Shown in pieces: positions 19,555 to 29,472 of a DNA stretch of 64,000 nucleotides. Both the position numbers and the translations under genes were made by a program. Source of the stretch: a virus; the IMG/VR virus record IMGVR_UViG_3300035670_000014, positions 64,001-128,000 of that record, one strand, 5' to 3'. Below the pieces are notes generated by a model that ran no database searches, was not told the DNA's origin, and saw nothing but the letters and a program-made list of their open reading frames with translations. Positions within the stretch are counted from its first letter, which is position 1; every line of letters begins with the position of its first letter.

Positions 19555-19995
19555 TTAGAATTGATCCATTTCGTCATCAATAATGTTCCAGGGGTCCTTT
19601 TCTTGCCCTTTCAGGGCGGGTGAGTTAATCTTAGCTGATGCCTTCTCTCTATATTCTTGAGGAATCTTAGAGTTAGATGGATTACTTTGAGGCCTTGGAG
19701 TCGAGGCAACAGAAGATCCAGAAACCTTTCGGTTATAGGCATCAAGTATTTGTCTTGAAAATTCAGGTCCTAGTTCCTCGCCTAGAACTTCTACGATGTT
19801 AACGTACTTGGTAGTACCATCGTTAGCCTGGTATGAGCGACTCGGGGCAGATACAAATGCATCGCCCTTCTTGCTCTTGATTATCTTGTAATCATTAACT
19901 TTAAGTAAGTTATTGAAAGTTACAGTAACCATACCAAGGATTGAAGAGTTTGACTTAGGAATGTAAACCTGAACATCTGTAATTTGTAATGACAT
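19555..19995 (-). CDS. spoVG: SpoVG-family nucleic-acid-binding protein with acidic tail
   Basis: ITDVQV...VTVTFNN...KII...FVSAPSR...Y.NIV...ILDAY matches the SpoVG pattern; tail ends IIDDEMDQF. Confidence 0.85.
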   Translation of the reverse strand: MSLQITDVQVYIPKSNSSILGMVTVTFNNLLKVNDYKIIKSKKGDAFVSAPSRSYQANDGTTKYVNIVEVLGEELGPEFSRQILDAYNRKVSGSSVASTPRPQSNPSNSKIPQEYREKASAKINSPALKGQEKDPWNIIDDEMDQF

Positions 19996-20004
19996 TTTTA
20001 TACC

Positions 20005-20346
20005 TTATGAATGTATTGTTAAATAACCTGAAGAGTGTAGAACACTCAATAGCGTTGGAAATGCTGATGCAAGCTCTATGCTAGGTATTAGCATGTCTTC
20101 TGCAAGTACCTCTATTGCATCATAGTGCTTAAGGCCTGACTTAAGCATTTGAATAATAATAGCCGATGAATGGCCTGAAAGGCTAGCTGCAAGGCTATAC
20201 TTATCCTTTAGGTCCGGTATAGAGTTTATTATTCCTTCAATGTTTTCTGCCTCTGAGTCATCCATAAACATATGAATGAACTGCTCCAAAGACATAGGAC
20301 CAAGGCCCGGTAAGTCTACTAATACTCTAAGTGGATTAATCTTCAT
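20005..20346 (-). CDS. Hypothetical protein
   Basis: ORF translationally coupled in the operon. Confidence 0.6.
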   Translation of the reverse strand: MKINPLRVLVDLPGLGPMSLEQFIHMFMDDSEAENIEGIINSIPDLKDKYSLAASLSGHSSAIIIQMLKSGLKHYDAIEVLAEDMLIPSIELASAFPTLLSVLHSSGYLTIHS

Positions 20347-20861
20347 TTATTAACCTGATTGAGTAACCTGTAAGAAGGAATCTTAATCATATACTTCCTC
20401 AAGAAGTATGTAATCAAGCCAGGAGTATAGACAGGTATGAACTTCCTACCTGTACTAAATGATTCCTTATGTACCATGGAGTAGTTAGTTGCAAAATCTA
20501 AGAACCAACAATACTCAGGTAAATACTTAACATTAGAATAACTAATGTAAAGATTCCTACTTCCACTAACACCAATCCAACCAGACCAGATGTTAGAAAC
20601 GTCTGGATAGTAGTTGTTAAATTGATGAATTAAAGAATGCAAGTTACACTCTTGCTCTGGGACTTCTATATCCAAAGTAGAAGATTGGGGATGCTTCTTG
20701 TAGAAAAGAAAAGAATACATAAACATATTCATTCTTTCCAAGTCTAAAATATAAAGCTCAGTAGGGCGATAGTAAGAAACTATCAGTTCCCTGAGGAACT
20801 TTAAATTATTTAGCACAGAAGTAAAGTAGAACTTTATATATTTGTATATACTAGAATCCAT
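20343..20861 (-). CDS. Hypothetical protein
   Basis: ORF overlapping its neighbours in the operon. Confidence 0.55.
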   Translation of the reverse strand: MDSSIYKYIKFYFTSVLNNLKFLRELIVSYYRPTELYILDLERMNMFMYSFLFYKKHPQSSTLDIEVPEQECNLHSLIHQFNNYYPDVSNIWSGWIGVSGSRNLYISYSNVKYLPEYCWFLDFATNYSMVHKESFSTGRKFIPVYTPGLITYFLRKYMIKIPSYRLLNQVNK

Positions 20862-21336
20862 ACCAACCTATAATTTGAGGAAGTGAAGATTTGCACAGCT
20901 CAATAAACACAAGCCACTCGCCATAAGAGAGTGGTAGCATTACTGAACTGGATGTAGCTTCATCACCAATCTTAAGAAGTCTTGATTGATAAAACTTAGA
21001 TGATGAATCATTATTTAATTGAATAGTAAGCTTCTTACCTGGCTTCTTAGCACCTGGGGTATTACCTCCAGGTACATGATAGAGGTTTAGATCGTTATTA
21101 AGTTTGTCTGCCTCTAGTAGAGATTGAATGTCAGCAATGCCTAGAGAAAACTTTATTTTCTTAGCATCTGACCAGTCATAAACCTTGTTATCCCAATCTT
21201 TACATGGAGCAAATTCCATATAGACCGCACCGCTTCTTGCATCCTTGTAACCTCCGTCCGTACCGGTCTTAAAAGGTATGAAAGATACTTGAAGTGCTCC
21301 GCTCTTTTTATAAGTTTGCCATTGCCCTCTAGCCAT
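20851..21336 (-). CDS. Whirly-like ssDNA-binding protein
   Basis: YKKSGAL, MEFAP, YDWS..KIKFSL, LYHVP and LPLSYGEW...LPQIIGW are colinear with recalled plant Whirly motifs. Confidence 0.75.
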   Translation of the reverse strand: MARGQWQTYKKSGALQVSFIPFKTGTDGGYKDARSGAVYMEFAPCKDWDNKVYDWSDAKKIKFSLGIADIQSLLEADKLNNDLNLYHVPGGNTPGAKKPGKKLTIQLNNDSSSKFYQSRLLKIGDEATSSSVMLPLSYGEWLVFIELCKSSLPQIIGWYGF

Positions 21337-21628
21337 TTGTTCCTCTTTTGTAATTAATAAAGTTTCTTAAGGTTAATAAAGTTTGGAGAAGGTAGCTATG
21401 AATCATAGGACTTATTGCATCATGGCTTTCAGCCTTCTCTAGATAGCTAATAGTAGTATCTATATTTGTATAGTCAAGGTCTGTCAGTTCCCCCACGATA
21501 TATAAATTGTGAAAGATAAGAGAATATATTAGCTCATCAGACTTGATAGGCTGAGGCCAAGATTCAATTACTTTAAAAGTCGAGTCAGCCAAAGACTTGG
21601 CTAGCTCAGGAAAAACAATTTTAGACAT
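21329..21628 (-). CDS. Hypothetical protein
   Basis: Operonic ORF. Confidence 0.55.
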   Translation of the reverse strand: MSKIVFPELAKSLADSTFKVIESWPQPIKSDELIYSLIFHNLYIVGELTDLDYTNIDTTISYLEKAESHDAISPMIHSYLLQTLLTLRNFINYKRGTNG

Positions 21629-21640
21629 TAGTTAATTTTG

Positions 21641-22024
21641 TTAATTTTTGTTTATGAAGTCCAAGATAGATTTGGACATTTTTTGTTTGAGATCCTCCAC
21701 CATTGAAGGATGAACAAGGGAGAAGAAGAAGTTACCCTGTTCAAAGTCTATTGTAACATAGTTAGTGCCATCCTCATCAAGGCACTTTACTTTAAATAAA
21801 GTTACAGGCAAGCATTTCAGTATGGACATGATGTCTGGATTGGGAGAAGACATGACGGCCATTAGAGTTTCTTTAGTTCCCATCCCGAAGGTAATACCTT
21901 CTTTATCGGAAGTGGGAAGAAAGAAAGGTCTGACTTCATAAGAAGCAGGACCTAAAGAAATGTTAACTGACTTTAATTTCAGCAGTTGTTTAAAAGGTGC
22001 ATTTGAGACTTTATGTTTCTCCAT
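21641..22024 (-). CDS. Hypothetical protein
   Basis: Operonic ORF with GAGG RBS. Confidence 0.6.
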   Translation of the reverse strand: MEKHKVSNAPFKQLLKLKSVNISLGPASYEVRPFFLPTSDKEGITFGMGTKETLMAVMSSPNPDIMSILKCLPVTLFKVKCLDEDGTNYVTIDFEQGNFFFSLVHPSMVEDLKQKMSKSILDFINKN

Positions 22025-22599
22025 CTATCCTCGGCAGTTTCATTTATCTTTTGTGTAAATAGATTAGTAGAAAAATACTGGAAGTATAAATCTAATCTAT
22101 ATGAAATCTGATAGCTCACGTTTAGGAATTCATCCTCTTCAAGATCAAGGAAGGAATCAATCAAAACGGGCTCATCAATAAAAGGATAAATAGAAGCAAG
22201 TGACTTAACAATCCTGCTAGCTAAGAAGAATAGATAGTCAGAATTGTAATCGCTCTCAAAGTCTGATTTAATAATTGGAAAATCATAAAACTCAGACAAG
22301 CCAGAGCAAGACAACCTAAGAACAAGAGTATCTTCTGTAACTCTAGCCACAAGAGAATAGCTAAAGTCAGATGGATAACTACTGATTGAAGATAAAGAGT
22401 TCTCGCCAACCTTTAAGGTTTCGATAACTTGACTATCTGGAGGAGAAGGCAAGACCTCCTGTTTAAGTGCAGGAGGCTCTGCCTTAATGTAAGGTTTCAT
22501 TTTAAATTCAGGCTTAGGCTTTAGTAGCCTATTTAGAATCTTATTAAGCAAATAGACCTCAATCGTACATACAAGCGACAAAGCCACCAAGCCAAGCAA
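21979..22599 (-). CDS. Hypothetical protein with N-terminal TM segment
   Basis: Hydrophobic N-terminus. Confidence 0.55.
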   Translation of the reverse strand: MLGLVALSLVCTIEVYLLNKILNRLLKPKPEFKMKPYIKAEPPALKQEVLPSPPDSQVIETLKVGENSLSSISSYPSDFSYSLVARVTEDTLVLRLSCSGLSEFYDFPIIKSDFESDYNSDYLFFLASRIVKSLASIYPFIDEPVLIDSFLDLEEDEFLNVSYQISYRLDLYFQYFSTNLFTQKINETAEDRWRNIKSQMHLLNNC

Positions 22600-22924
22600 T
22601 AACTTCAGTAATACTTGTCATGGCAACCCGAGTAGGAGCATCAGGGTCAGGCAAGGGAAGAGAAACATTGTTAGATGTTCTAAGATAGAATTTTGTTTGA
22701 GTATAGGAGTGATCTTCCCCTGAAGTAAGGGGGACAACTACATCCAACCTAATTCCATTTGAATTATAAGGAGAGGGGAAAGAGCCAGAATATGTTATCT
22801 GGCGAGATACATTGGTTACAGCCTTCCATCCCAGTGCAGGCATGGCCAAGACGAAAGCATCAAGATTATCTTTTACTTCTCCAACTTCGGCCGCAGAAAG
22901 AGAAAGAACAGTTGCATCACTCAT
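22559..22924 (-). CDS. Hypothetical protein
   Basis: ORF with GAGG RBS. Confidence 0.55.
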   Translation of the reverse strand: MSDATVLSLSAAEVGEVKDNLDAFVLAMPALGWKAVTNVSRQITYSGSFPSPYNSNGIRLDVVVPLTSGEDHSYTQTKFYLRTSNNVSLPLPDPDAPTRVAMTSITEVIAWLGGFVACMYD

Positions 22925-22932
22925 ATTAACCT

Positions 22933-23907
22933 CTAATCAGAAAGTATGTTTAGGAACAAAGAGATTTTCTCATGAAGCTCACTTGCTTCACTAGAAGTTA
23001 TAGTATAACCTTGTTCTTTCTTCAATAGAGAAACAACATTATCTATCTCATAAGAATGCAGTAAGACTTTATTTAGCAACTCTTTTAGAGCAGCTATGTC
23101 TGCAGAAGAAAGAGTAAGGGCATTGAATATGTAATCTCTTGCTGCCTTTATTGTAGCAGGAGCAAGAAGTTCTATATACTCAAGCATTTTATTTGCAATA
23201 ACTCTTATCTCGAACTGAGCATCAGAAGCAGTCCTTAGTCTTAAGAAGTGCAATAAGTTATGCAAGTCCATAGTTACAACAAAAGATGTGAAAGTAGCAG
23301 TAGGGAGTATACCTCTTGCTATTTCTCGTGAAACTCCTGCTTCAAGTAACTTTGTATAAGACTCATAAGAGGAGCTAATGGAGTCCCTATAGCTATCATG
23401 TAAGTCTTTCTGATCTTCAAGGTAACTTGAAGTATCAGTGCATTGTTTATTTTGTTTATGCTGGCCAAAGAAAGCATAGGGCTCATAGATCTTATCAGGA
23501 GCCTGACTATATCTATAGGATGCCTGATTATACTTGCCAGTTCTGTGTCTCATAAACTGAGCAGCAACATAGAGCGGACACTCAATGTCAAATGTAAACG
23601 AGACATGTTCAAAAGGACTAGTATGTTTATCTCGCAACAATCTCCGAAGGAGAGCAACATCGCTGGACTTCCTGGAGGTTCCCTTAGAGTAAGATCTCCT
23701 CGCAATATCTACAATGTGAGAATCTAAAGGACTAAGTGTTGAGTTCCAGTCATCCTGTATTACTTCAAGAGGAAAAGCACCAGGGCTAGCCTCTATTAAA
23801 GTAACAGAACCAAGATAGTAAGATTTATTATCAGAGTCAACTCTTTCAATAGCTGGCTCAATGTGAGAGACTTTAGAAAGTACAGAGTAGAGTGGTGATT
23901 GTGTCAT
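22933..23907 (-). CDS. thyX: Flavin-dependent thymidylate synthase ThyX
   Basis: HTSPFEH, QFMRHRTGKYNQASYRY, REIARGILP and AQFEIR. Start moved to MTQS because the track start lies inside a terminator. Confidence 0.95.
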   Translation of the reverse strand: MTQSPLYSVLSKVSHIEPAIERVDSDNKSYYLGSVTLIEASPGAFPLEVIQDDWNSTLSPLDSHIVDIARRSYSKGTSRKSSDVALLRRLLRDKHTSPFEHVSFTFDIECPLYVAAQFMRHRTGKYNQASYRYSQAPDKIYEPYAFFGQHKQNKQCTDTSSYLEDQKDLHDSYRDSISSSYESYTKLLEAGVSREIARGILPTATFTSFVVTMDLHNLLHFLRLRTASDAQFEIRVIANKMLEYIELLAPATIKAARDYIFNALTLSSADIAALKELLNKVLLHSYEIDNVVSLLKKEQGYTITSSEASELHEKISLFLNILSD

Positions 23908-23925
23908 TATATTGCTACCTAATAA

Positions 23926-23950
23926 AGTAAAAAAAATAGCCCCGAAGGGC
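23926..23950 (-). terminator. Intrinsic terminator with cUUCGg tetraloop
   Basis: GCCC-UUCG-GGGC followed by UAUUUUUUUU. Confidence 0.8.
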
Positions 23951-23976
23951 AAGGCTTTAATAAGACTAAAGTCTTA

Positions 23977-24426
23977 TTAAGCTAGTGTAACTGGAACTGA
24001 AACAACAATCTCAGTGCTGTTAGACGAGGCTCGCCATGCTCGAATGTCTTCATCGTTTCGACAGACAAGACCCGACGGAAGTCGAGAAACCTGACCTTGA
24101 ACTGTCAGTACGCCGGTGCTCCTGTTGAAATCAGGGTCACCATGTAGCTGACGAGAGTCATAGGTGAACTCATAACGACGAGTTGAATCGTTATAAGACC
24201 CAGTAATGACAGGCATCAGTGACCTTGCCGGGGCAACATGGCCAACAGCAACACGATATGTACCTTCATTCGGGCTAACTTCCGTTAGTACCTCTGCAAG
24301 GACTTCGTCGATGTTGTGAGGAAACCAGCCGCCGTAAGCCTGGTAGCCATGAACGATTGGATTATTGCCATTGAATAGAGAGGCAATGCGTCTAGCAAAT
24401 TCTTCTGTTTGTCGTTGTGTCAGCAT
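23977..24426 (-). CDS. Hypothetical protein (GC-richer than flanks)
   Basis: 149-aa ORF bounded by hairpins. Confidence 0.65.
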   Translation of the reverse strand: MLTQRQTEEFARRIASLFNGNNPIVHGYQAYGGWFPHNIDEVLAEVLTEVSPNEGTYRVAVGHVAPARSLMPVITGSYNDSTRRYEFTYDSRQLHGDPDFNRSTGVLTVQGQVSRLPSGLVCRNDEDIRAWRASSNSTEIVVSVPVTLA

Positions 24427-24479
24427 TTGTTTTTACCTAGGTTGGGCTGAGCATCTCTCGATGCAAGTTGACATTCTAA

Positions 24480-24496
24480 ATTGCCGGAACGGCAAT
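24480..24496. repeat. ATTGCCG-GAA-CGGCAAT inverted repeat (copy 1)
   Basis: Identical 15-nt core at 47406 and 55498. Confidence 0.8.
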
Positions 24497-24553
24497 AACT
24501 GCATAACAATAGAATCTTGACTACACAGATGTAGCAGTCAAAAGTTATGCATA

Positions 24554-26989
24554 CTAAAGGCCAAATAGATTTACATTAACAGGAATATTTTGTTCTGTAG
24601 AAATGGATATACTAATAGGAATAGAGGTATCTTCTACTTCCGGGGTGTTTCTAAAATTGGAAGTTATAAAGAAGTCTGTATAAGAATAAAGGCTCGGAGT
24701 CTTTGAAGGATTCAAGTAAATAGAATTAGCATCAAGACTTACAAAATCCATAGTATTAATAATAGAATTCTTATCTAGAACTGGAGGTGAAGTTTCCGGG
24801 ACCTTTACATATTCTTGATAATAAGATTCTAGTAAATAAGCTTCTGAAATTGTAGAGATAAGTTCAAGAGCATCAAAGACATGCTGTACATCATCAATCA
24901 AATCTCTCTGTATGATGACGCCCTTCTGAGCTTCGATAAGTAAATTAACTAGTCTAACTATTTTTGGAAATGTTTGATTATCTGGTTCTAGTAAGTCAGA
25001 GGCTTCTTGAATAGATGGCAAACTCAAGAGATAGTTAGAAAGAATTGCATACAGAGGAAAAGTCTTTGAAATGAAATGACCACTCTTAACATAGGTATCA
25101 AGAGTATAGTTGTAATTTGAATGAGCATTAAATTGATGATAGCTATAATCAACAGAGTAAGAACTCTGACGAATACCACCTTCGTAACCTATCAGTGACT
25201 GATTTGTCATAGCAAAAGCGTCTACAAGTAGTTTGATCTCACTGACAATGTTAAGAGCTTTAGTTAGCTTAAAAAGCATATTTACTTGGCTGGCAGATAA
25301 GAATACAAGGCTACTCTTAAACACTATTACTTCTGTAATACCAGCAGAGACAGGCAAAGTAAACCTGTCAATACAATTATTCATCTTAAGGCCATTACTG
25401 GTAGCAGATGAATGATTGTATGTATCATTGACAGTTAACTTTGTAGAAGGAATTGCACTGTCATTAGAGACAACCAGGAATACTGAGCTATTGTTATTTA
25501 GCCAATTAAGAGGAGCAGAAGGTGCATCACTAATAAGCTTAGTCAAGCCGTTATTAGCCTTAGGAATAAAGAATGGACTAAAATCTTGAATAGTGATTGT
25601 GTCATCGTAATAATTAAAGCACATAGCAGTGCATAGATTAAAAATGTTTCTAAAGAAAGAGTCAACTGTAGAGTTAATCTCTATAGAATATTGATTATTA
25701 ATTTTGCTTGAGAGCCTTTCACTAAAAATAGCTTGAGGATTCAAATTATAAAGCCTAGAAGATATCTTATGCCTTGTCAGGGCATAGTGGGGATCAGTAA
25801 AAGCACAGCTGAGTATAGGAGATTTCTTCTTGTAAACAATAGACTTGTGATAGTCATTTGTTTCTTGAAAGCCAAATACATAAGTATCTCTGCAGGATCT
25901 CTTAAAACTCTGAGTGTAATCACTGGAAGGGGGATTATAAAGAGTGGAATCAATAAAGCAAAAGGGTGAATTATTCAAGCTATTGTAAATAGGATTCATT
26001 ATCCTATTAATGCATGCTATGAAATCTTCATAGTTAGAGTTATCAACATCACACTGCAAGTGACAGTCAACGTATGAAGATATCTCGAACTCAGAATGGA
26101 AACAAAAGAAAGGAGATAGTCCTTGTGCTCCAAAGGTATCCTTAACTTTTGTATTCATGTATTCCAGTGCTGTAATGAAAGCCTTAATTCTCATGTAGGG
26201 TGAGTCTTCAGGCATACACTGAGCATGCTTAATGTATGAAATTATATTCAAATAGAAGAAAAGAATAGTAAAATCTTTCAGCGCAATAGAAACTTCGTTA
26301 TGATTGTCGAATGATAAGTTACCGAAAGTAGTACAGATTGATTCAAAGTTGCAAGCATACAAGAACCAATTCTGCTGCGCATGAAGAAAAGACGACATGA
26401 TAGACTTGTAAGTAAACTTCTGCTTGGGGTCGCCAGTTTCCAGTGGAAGTTTAAACTGGGACCAGCAATCACCATAAGTGATAAGCTGAAAAGTCAAACA
26501 AAAGAAAAGAATATTCTTAAATATAAAAGGGTTTATCTTTTCAATAGAATAATTTTGACTTGAAGTTATAAAGTTCAGAAAGTCAATTGTAAATTCATTT
26601 GACAATATCTCTCGAAGATAGACAGCACTATCAGTATACATAAGCTCAGCAATCATTGGATGGGGAACATCCTGCAATGATTGAAAGTCTTTAAATATGG
26701 TTTTACTTCCAGTGCGTGGGTGCTGAGTCAGTATCGTTATGATCAAAGCCTTTGAGGCTTTAGAATACTTAAGCCAGGAGTCATAGTCATTAACGAACTT
26801 ACTTGCAAAGACCTCGTCGTCATCTAAATTAGAAATATTTAGATTATGCTTAAGTGCAAACTTAAACCTGAGATCAGGATTGCAAATCATCTTCATGAAA
26901 GATTGAGGCGTGATCTTGCTCAGGGTATCTGGTAATTCTACTAACCCATTTTTAATTTTGACCTTAAAGTCTGCTCTTAGATTTACCAT
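24554..26989 (-). CDS. Large hypothetical protein
   Basis: 811-aa ORF; no motif recognised. Confidence 0.75.
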   Translation of the reverse strand: MVNLRADFKVKIKNGLVELPDTLSKITPQSFMKMICNPDLRFKFALKHNLNISNLDDDEVFASKFVNDYDSWLKYSKASKALIITILTQHPRTGSKTIFKDFQSLQDVPHPMIAELMYTDSAVYLREILSNEFTIDFLNFITSSQNYSIEKINPFIFKNILFFCLTFQLITYGDCWSQFKLPLETGDPKQKFTYKSIMSSFLHAQQNWFLYACNFESICTTFGNLSFDNHNEVSIALKDFTILFFYLNIISYIKHAQCMPEDSPYMRIKAFITALEYMNTKVKDTFGAQGLSPFFCFHSEFEISSYVDCHLQCDVDNSNYEDFIACINRIMNPIYNSLNNSPFCFIDSTLYNPPSSDYTQSFKRSCRDTYVFGFQETNDYHKSIVYKKKSPILSCAFTDPHYALTRHKISSRLYNLNPQAIFSERLSSKINNQYSIEINSTVDSFFRNIFNLCTAMCFNYYDDTITIQDFSPFFIPKANNGLTKLISDAPSAPLNWLNNNSSVFLVVSNDSAIPSTKLTVNDTYNHSSATSNGLKMNNCIDRFTLPVSAGITEVIVFKSSLVFLSASQVNMLFKLTKALNIVSEIKLLVDAFAMTNQSLIGYEGGIRQSSYSVDYSYHQFNAHSNYNYTLDTYVKSGHFISKTFPLYAILSNYLLSLPSIQEASDLLEPDNQTFPKIVRLVNLLIEAQKGVIIQRDLIDDVQHVFDALELISTISEAYLLESYYQEYVKVPETSPPVLDKNSIINTMDFVSLDANSIYLNPSKTPSLYSYTDFFITSNFRNTPEVEDTSIPISISISTEQNIPVNVNLFGL

Positions 26990-27011
26990 TTGATCTCTAG
27001 TTTATAGTTTA

Positions 27012-28661
27012 TTAATTAAACAAATCCATAATTAGATGTATAGATTCTTGATTGCTAGAATCTTTAAGCAAATAATAGAAGTACGTCAGTAGACTTACTT
27101 CTGTAGATTCACTATGATTGAATGCATAGTCAACAATAGCATGTAGCTTAGAGTCAAAGTAATCAAGGTTAGGATTAAGATTACTTTCATTGCCGCTAGC
27201 CATGGTATCTTTTATATTCAAAGCATGAGAATAGAAAGAAGAAAGGACACTAAGGCTAAAAGAACGCACAAAGTAGTTCTTTATAGTAGGGTTTTCTTCT
27301 GTTGAAGTGAATGTTGAAATTGGGTTGTAAGAGTTGGTAGCGTTAGCCTTGTAGGGACTTTCTTTGAAGAAAGTATAAGGACTAAAAGGCAAGGCTCTAA
27401 CTGCCTTCTTTCCAAGAAAGTAAACAGCATAGTTGTAAGATGGATCAATAAGATAATTCTTATTCAAGAATAAAGACTCTAGATTATTTGCTGGCTCTTT
27501 ATAGAGATTAAGACTCTTAGCTTTATCTATGATAGAGCTTGAAAAATCACCAAAGGATTTACTCAAGTTAAGATTTGAAAAGTGAATATTATTTGAATGC
27601 TTACTACAAATAGATTTAGTTCCGGTATTGAAGTTCATAAAGAAGTCAATATTGGAACCAAAGAAGTTAAGACTAAAAGGCTTAGAGTGAACATTAGAAG
27701 CATTAGTAATAGGGCTAAATGTAATAGGACTAACTTTAGTAGAAGCCTCTACATCATTAGCAAGCTCAAACGAGAATAAAGAATTAATACTGGATGTTAC
27801 ACATTGAGCCATAGACTCACAAGCAGAGTCCTCATCCAAAGATGAAAACATACTATTCTTGGAGAGGCGCCTAAAGTACTCAGGAATTGAATAAGGAATC
27901 ATAAAAGGACTTGAAGTTGCAAAGACAAAGTCCTGAACGAATCCTTCTTCAAGAAGAAGAGACTGGTAATGTTCCTGGTATGGAACTTGAGAAAGAGAGC
28001 AGTATATTTTGTAGTTTGTATTTTTCAGTGTAAAAGATTCCGAAGACACACTTGCAATAAAACTACCGTCCTTAAAATCAGAAGGCTGCTTGCCATAGTA
28101 GTCAAATACATTTGGGTACTTACAGCTTACAAGCTCAAAGTTATCAACATCAGAAGTAAAGTTAAGAGTGAATGTTCCATTCTTAACAGCATTACTAATG
28201 GACTTACATACAGACTTAAACTTAGTTACAGTAGGAGAGCTCTTGTAGAGCTCAACAATGAAGTAAGCAACACTCATAGAGTAGAGGTCGATAAAAGAAA
28301 TATCTAGGTATATGTCTTCTTCGCCATTGTGAACAAATGCATCTGTATCAGTAGATGCATCATACAAGTGCTTAAGGAAGTCCCCGTAGAATATACCAGT
28401 AGAACTATACTTCTTAAAGACAGGAATGCCCAGGATGTTTTCCTTAATAGGAATATTTAGAATAAGGGCTTCACTTAGAACAGATTCCGATAAAGCAGAA
28501 CCATAACTATTTATATTAGACAAGAATACATTAAGCTTATCAGGATTAAAGTTTATAGATAAGCCAATGCTATTTTGATAAATGAATAAAGATTGTAGAT
28601 TAATGGCATCAAAAACGTTAAAAAACTCATCAGTAAATAGAGTTCTCTTTTTTCTTGTCAT
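27012..28661 (-). CDS. Large hypothetical protein
   Basis: 549-aa ORF. Confidence 0.75.
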   Translation of the reverse strand: MTRKKRTLFTDEFFNVFDAINLQSLFIYQNSIGLSINFNPDKLNVFLSNINSYGSALSESVLSEALILNIPIKENILGIPVFKKYSSTGIFYGDFLKHLYDASTDTDAFVHNGEEDIYLDISFIDLYSMSVAYFIVELYKSSPTVTKFKSVCKSISNAVKNGTFTLNFTSDVDNFELVSCKYPNVFDYYGKQPSDFKDGSFIASVSSESFTLKNTNYKIYCSLSQVPYQEHYQSLLLEEGFVQDFVFATSSPFMIPYSIPEYFRRLSKNSMFSSLDEDSACESMAQCVTSSINSLFSFELANDVEASTKVSPITFSPITNASNVHSKPFSLNFFGSNIDFFMNFNTGTKSICSKHSNNIHFSNLNLSKSFGDFSSSIIDKAKSLNLYKEPANNLESLFLNKNYLIDPSYNYAVYFLGKKAVRALPFSPYTFFKESPYKANATNSYNPISTFTSTEENPTIKNYFVRSFSLSVLSSFYSHALNIKDTMASGNESNLNPNLDYFDSKLHAIVDYAFNHSESTEVSLLTYFYYLLKDSSNQESIHLIMDLFN

Positions 28662-28888
28662 TCAGGATGGTAGTTTAGTAGGTCTTTGATAGCTACAAGA
28701 ACATAGTTAGGAATCATACTAGCCCTAACTGTGGCCATAGTATAGGCTTGCTTAAGTACCTGATTAGACATGTGAGTACCTTTAAGCAAGTGATCAGTTA
28801 AATGGTTCTCTCCGAAGTGAATCATAATAGCAACTTCGTATATCTTTTTCTTGCGATCGTAATCTTCATCAAATTTAAATATAGTCAT
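28658..28888 (-). CDS. Hypothetical protein
   Basis: ATGA overlaps on both sides. Confidence 0.6.
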   Translation of the reverse strand: MTIFKFDEDYDRKKKIYEVAIMIHFGENHLTDHLLKGTHMSNQVLKQAYTMATVRASMIPNYVLVAIKDLLNYHPE

Positions 28889-29472
28889 ATAAGTATGTTC
28901 TGGATTTTAGACCGCTGATATCCAGACATAGGTATCATGGTCGAGTCAGCATGTATAGTAAAGCTATGCTTATCTGAAGCATTGCATTCTATTACTATTG
29001 TGTAGTGCTGGCCAGAATTTACTCTCTTGTAGTACTGGCTTACATTTACTTTGAAATCACCAACATCAACAACAGAGTCATCAAAGTAATCACTTGACAT
29101 GCCATCTGGTATTTGAGTTGGATTCAAGTCGAAAGCAAGATGCATTAGATTAATAAACTCATCAGCTTCAACGAGAGGCTTGTAGACCTCAGGTAACTCA
29201 AAAGTTTCAATTGAAGTAGTCAAGCTTTGAAGTAACTCATCTGAAATATTAAACTCACAAGTATCGTCTGGTTTAACAGATTCATTTATGTAAAGTGGCT
29301 CTACAGACAGAGTGTGAGTAAAGATCTCCTTATCGTTGTAAGTATAAATTACAAAAGTATTAAACTTGTAAGGAAGATTGTAATCTGGAATCTCAGCAAT
29401 ATTACGACTGAGCCTCCTTCTGATCAGAAGAAACAGAAGTGCTGCTATAAGCAGGGCAAAGAGTGCTAGCAT
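28885..29472 (-). CDS. Hypothetical membrane-anchored protein
   Basis: N-terminal TM helix followed by RRR. Confidence 0.6.
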   Translation of the reverse strand: MLALFALLIAALLFLLIRRRLSRNIAEIPDYNLPYKFNTFVIYTYNDKEIFTHTLSVEPLYINESVKPDDTCEFNISDELLQSLTTSIETFELPEVYKPLVEADEFINLMHLAFDLNPTQIPDGMSSDYFDDSVVDVGDFKVNVSQYYKRVNSGQHYTIVIECNASDKHSFTIHADSTMIPMSGYQRSKIQNILI

